From Candidatus Zixiibacteriota bacterium (GTDB lineage: Bacteria; Zixibacteria; MSB-5A5; UBA10806; 4484-95), in the NCBI GenBank assembly GCA_037441845.1, contig JBBIRK010000004.1:64001-128000 (forward strand): 64,000 nucleotides of DNA, in the 5' to 3' direction. Below, piece after piece: positions 61,058 to 64,000 of the stretch (position 1 is its first letter; every line of letters begins with the position of its first letter). The notes below the pieces were generated by a model. That model had not been told where the DNA came from, did no database searches, and saw nothing but the letters and a program-made list of their open reading frames with translations. A program made the position numbers and the translations under genes.

Positions 61058-63685
61058 ATGCAGTACGAAAAATTAACGCAGAGCTTGCGCGAGGCGCTGG
61101 ATTACGCCACTCAACTGGCGCGATCCAGTTCGCATTCTCAACTCGAAGGGCTTCATCTGCTCAAAGCGATGATCAGTCGTGAAGAGAGCGTGGCCGCCGA
61201 TTTGTTGCGTGGAGCCGGAGTCAACCAGAGGAAACTGGAAAGCGCGCTCGACTCGGAGTTGGAAAAGCTGCCGCGCGTTTCCGGCGATTACCAACTGCGC
61301 ATGTCGGACGAGCTTCATCGCGCATTCGGAGAAGCCGCCGCCGTGGCCGCGCAATTCAAAGATGAATTCGTTTCGATCGAGCATGTTTTGCTCGGGCTGC
61401 TCAAACAAAAGCGCGATAGCTGTGCGCGTTTACTGGCGGAAAACGGCTTGACCGAGGAGACTTTGCTGCGGGCGATGGCCAAGATACGAGGGGGTCAGCG
61501 AATCACGGACGACACTCCCGAGACGAAGTATAAGGTGCTCGAGCGCTATTCGCGGGACCTCACGGCGATGGCGCGCATGGGCAAGCTTGATCCGGTGATC
61601 GGGCGCGACGAAGAAATCCGGCGGGTGTTGAAAATACTTTCTCGGAGGACGAAGAACAATCCGGTCTTGATCGGCGAACCGGGTGTGGGGAAAACCGCGA
61701 TCGTCGAGGGACTGGCGCTTAAAATCGCTCAAAATGACGTTCCCCAGCCGATTCAGAACAAACGCATAATCGCGCTCGACATCGGGTCGCTAATCGCCGG
61801 ATCGAAATTCCGGGGCGAGTTTGAGGAAAGGCTCAAGGCGATAATCAGAGAAGTGGAAAAGTCGCAGGGCGAGATAATTTTGTTCATCGATGAATTGCAT
61901 ACCATAATCGGAGCCGGATCGGCAGAGGGAGCGGTCGATGCCTCGAATATGTTGAAACCGGCTCTGGCCCGCGGAGAACTGCGCTGTGTGGGAGCGACCA
62001 CTATCGATGAATACCGCAAGCATATCGAAAAAGACGCCGCACTCGAAAGAAGATTCGCCCCGGTCATGATAGAGCCGCCCTCGGTGGAGGACACCATCTC
62101 GATCCTTCGCGGACTGAAGAGCCGCTATGAAGTTCACCATGGAGTCAAGATATCCGATGCGGCGTTGACGGCCGCGGCCCGATTGTCGGATCGCTACATC
62201 AGCGATCGTTTTCTGCCCGATAAAGCGATCGATTTGATAGACGAAGCGGCGGCCGAATTGCGGCTTGAAATAGAGTCGATGCCGGCCGAGATAGATTCGG
62301 TGGAAAAGAGAATCCGGCAACTCGAGGTAGAGAAGGAAGGGGTTAAGAGTGAACCCGACGCCGAAGCGAGAATCAAGCCGATCCAAGACGAACTCGACGA
62401 ACTATACATACAGAAAGACAGGTTGACTTCACAATGGCGGATGGAAAAAGAGCTGGTCGATAAGATCAAGAGCCTTAAAAAGAAAAAAGAAGAGCTGCAA
62501 CTCGAAGTCGAGAATGCTATCCGTGACGGCGAATACGAAAGGGCCGCGAGACTGCGTTATGGAGATTCCGGCAAGATCGAAAAGGAGCTGGAAGAGGCCT
62601 CGACGCAATTAAGCGCGATTCAAAAATCGGGCGGTATGCTGTCCGAGGAAGTGAAAGCATCCGATATCGCCGCGATAGTTTCCAAATGGACTGGCATACC
62701 GGTGAATGAACTATCGGAGGAAGAGGCTCAGCGGTTGCTTCATCTCGAGGATTTTTTGCACCGCCGGGTGGTGGGGCAGCACGAGGCGGTGACCGCGGTG
62801 GCGAACGTCATCCGCTCATCCAGGGCGGGATTGGCCGATCCCGACCGACCGCTCGGTTCTTTCATATTTCTCGGACCGACGGGTGTTGGAAAAACCGAAC
62901 TTGCGCGCGCGCTGGCCGCCAATTTGTTCGGCTCCGAGACCGCTTTGATTCGTATCGACATGTCCGAGTATATGGAGAAATTTTCGGTATCGCGGCTGAT
63001 CGGAGCGCCGCCCGGCTATGTCGGCTATGACGAGGGCGGACAGCTTACCGAGGCGGTACGCCGCCACCCCTATTCGGTGGTCTTGCTCGACGAAATCGAA
63101 AAGGCGCACCCAGAGGTGCATAACCTTTTGCTTCAACTTCTCGACGACGGGCGATTGACCGACAATAAAGGCAGGGTGGTCAGTTTCAAAAACGTGATTC
63201 TGATAATGACCTCGAATATCGGCGCCGAAATGATAATGCAGCGCACGGCGCAGATCAATGAGATCAACCGCGAAAACATCTATTCTCAGATTAAGAGCGA
63301 AATAATGACGTTGCTTAAGCAGGCGTTCCGCCCCGAATTTCTGAATCGAATCGATGAGGTGATCGTTTTCGCTTCATTGACCAGAGATCAGATCAGGGAG
63401 ATCGTGAAGCTCGAGTTGGATCGGTTGTCGAACAGATTGAAAAATAAGGATATTCGAATCGAATACGCCGAATCTCTCGTGGACTATTTAGCCGAACACG
63501 GATATGACCCGCAGTTCGGGGCAAGGCCGCTCAAACGTCTGGTCAAACAAGCGGTGGCCGAACCGCTGGCCCGGCGGATACTCGAAGGCGCGATACGACC
63601 CGGCGATTCGATTACCGCCGATTATTCGGATAATGTAGTTCGTTTTCGGACATTGACTGCGGTTACCGATCAGAAGTGGGATTGA
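61058..63685 (+). CDS. clpB: ATP-dependent chaperone ClpB
   Basis: Clp N repeats, [18 protein letters not shown], coiled-coil M domain, [15 protein letters not shown]. Confidence 0.97.
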   Translation: MQYEKLTQSLREALDYATQLARSSSHSQLEGLHLLKAMISREESVAADLLRGAGVNQRKLESALDSELEKLPRVSGDYQLRMSDELHRAFGEAAAVAAQFKDEFVSIEHVLLGLLKQKRDSCARLLAENGLTEETLLRAMAKIRGGQRITDDTPETKYKVLERYSRDLTAMARMGKLDPVIGRDEEIRRVLKILSRRTKNNPVLIGEPGVGKTAIVEGLALKIAQNDVPQPIQNKRIIALDIGSLIAGSKFRGEFEERLKAIIREVEKSQGEIILFIDELHTIIGAGSAEGAVDASNMLKPALARGELRCVGATTIDEYRKHIEKDAALERRFAPVMIEPPSVEDTISILRGLKSRYEVHHGVKISDAALTAAARLSDRYISDRFLPDKAIDLIDEAAAELRLEIESMPAEIDSVEKRIRQLEVEKEGVKSEPDAEARIKPIQDELDELYIQKDRLTSQWRMEKELVDKIKSLKKKKEELQLEVENAIRDGEYERAARLRYGDSGKIEKELEEASTQLSAIQKSGGMLSEEVKASDIAAIVSKWTGIPVNELSEEEAQRLLHLEDFLHRRVVGQHEAVTAVANVIRSSRAGLADPDRPLGSFIFLGPTGVGKTELARALAANLFGSETALIRIDMSEYMEKFSVSRLIGAPPGYVGYDEGGQLTEAVRRHPYSVVLLDEIEKAHPEVHNLLLQLLDDGRLTDNKGRVVSFKNVILIMTSNIGAEMIMQRTAQINEINRENIYSQIKSEIMTLLKQAFRPEFLNRIDEVIVFASLTRDQIREIVKLELDRLSNRLKNKDIRIEYAESLVDYLAEHGYDPQFGARPLKRLVKQAVAEPLARRILEGAIRPGDSITADYSDNVVRFRTLTAVTDQKWD

Positions 63686-64000
63686 TGAACGAGCAAGCGA
63701 TCGAAACCGGAAACCTCTTCGGCTCATTTTTACGGCTGATTGCGATTTTAATGTCGGGTGCGGTCGTGTTTCTGTCTTGCAGCGGAAAGGGCAAAAGCGA
63801 ATCGGCATCGGCGGATGAGTTATTCGCGAAAGCGTTCGCGGCCCAGGCGAACGGCGATTATTTGACATCATATCATACCTACGACGAATTAATCACCAGA
63901 TACCCGAATCATCCCAAAATCGATAAGGCGTATTTCATGCGCGGGTTTATAAAGCTCGAACGGATGAACGACAATGCCGGCGCGACTCAAGATTTAACTT
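63685..64000 (+). CDS. TPR lipoprotein (BamD/CpoB-like), 3' end outside window
   Basis: ATG overlaps the clpB stop. Reads MNEQAIET...VVFLSC (lipobox-like)...LITRYPNHP..DKAYFM.GFI and is open to the window end. Confidence 0.7.
   Translation, partial: MNEQAIETGNLFGSFLRLIAILMSGAVVFLSCSGKGKSESASADELFAKAFAAQANGDYLTSYHTYDELITRYPNHPKIDKAYFMRGFIKLERMNDNAGATQDLT

Overview
Core chromosomal region of a diderm bacterium. GWxTD proteins, a TPR-ExbB-ExbD-ExbD-TonB locus and a WD40/peptidase-Omp85 fusion suggest an FCB-group lineage, possibly Zixibacteria-like (inference only). Almost all genes are on the + strand. Housekeeping genes: gcvPB (5'-truncated), a tandem ECF-type ATPase, pyrR-pyrB-pyrC, mtnA, rplM-rpsI-rpsB-tsf-pyrH-frr-uppS-cdsA plus a UbiA prenyltransferase, tRNA-Ile2/tRNA-Val, guaB, lemA-rnpB-recJ, and meaB with an acyl-CoA mutase large subunit carrying isobutyryl-CoA mutase signature residues. 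Envelope genes: a TonB motor locus, Yip1-TolC-MFP-ABC-2xMacB exporter, two GWxTD proteins, NatAB-like ABC, tatC, and a metallopeptidase-propeller-Omp85 fusion with a BamB-like partner. Regulators and stress genes: a GAF-GAF-PP2C phosphatase, an ECF sigma factor and a heat-shock cluster (hsp20 x2, arsM, dnaK, FmdB, dnaJ, unknown, clpB). I saw no CRISPR array, transposase, integrase or prophage. The most notable unexplained signals are non-coding. There are three sigma54-type promoters. One has four TG(C/T)C-N5-GGC(A/G) palindromes and a perfect IHF site, upstream of a heat-shock cluster with no CIRCE. Another drives a ~70-nt terminated RNA with a C/U-rich seed, upstream of the ECF sigma gene. 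All calls were made by eye from sequence motifs; no searches were run.
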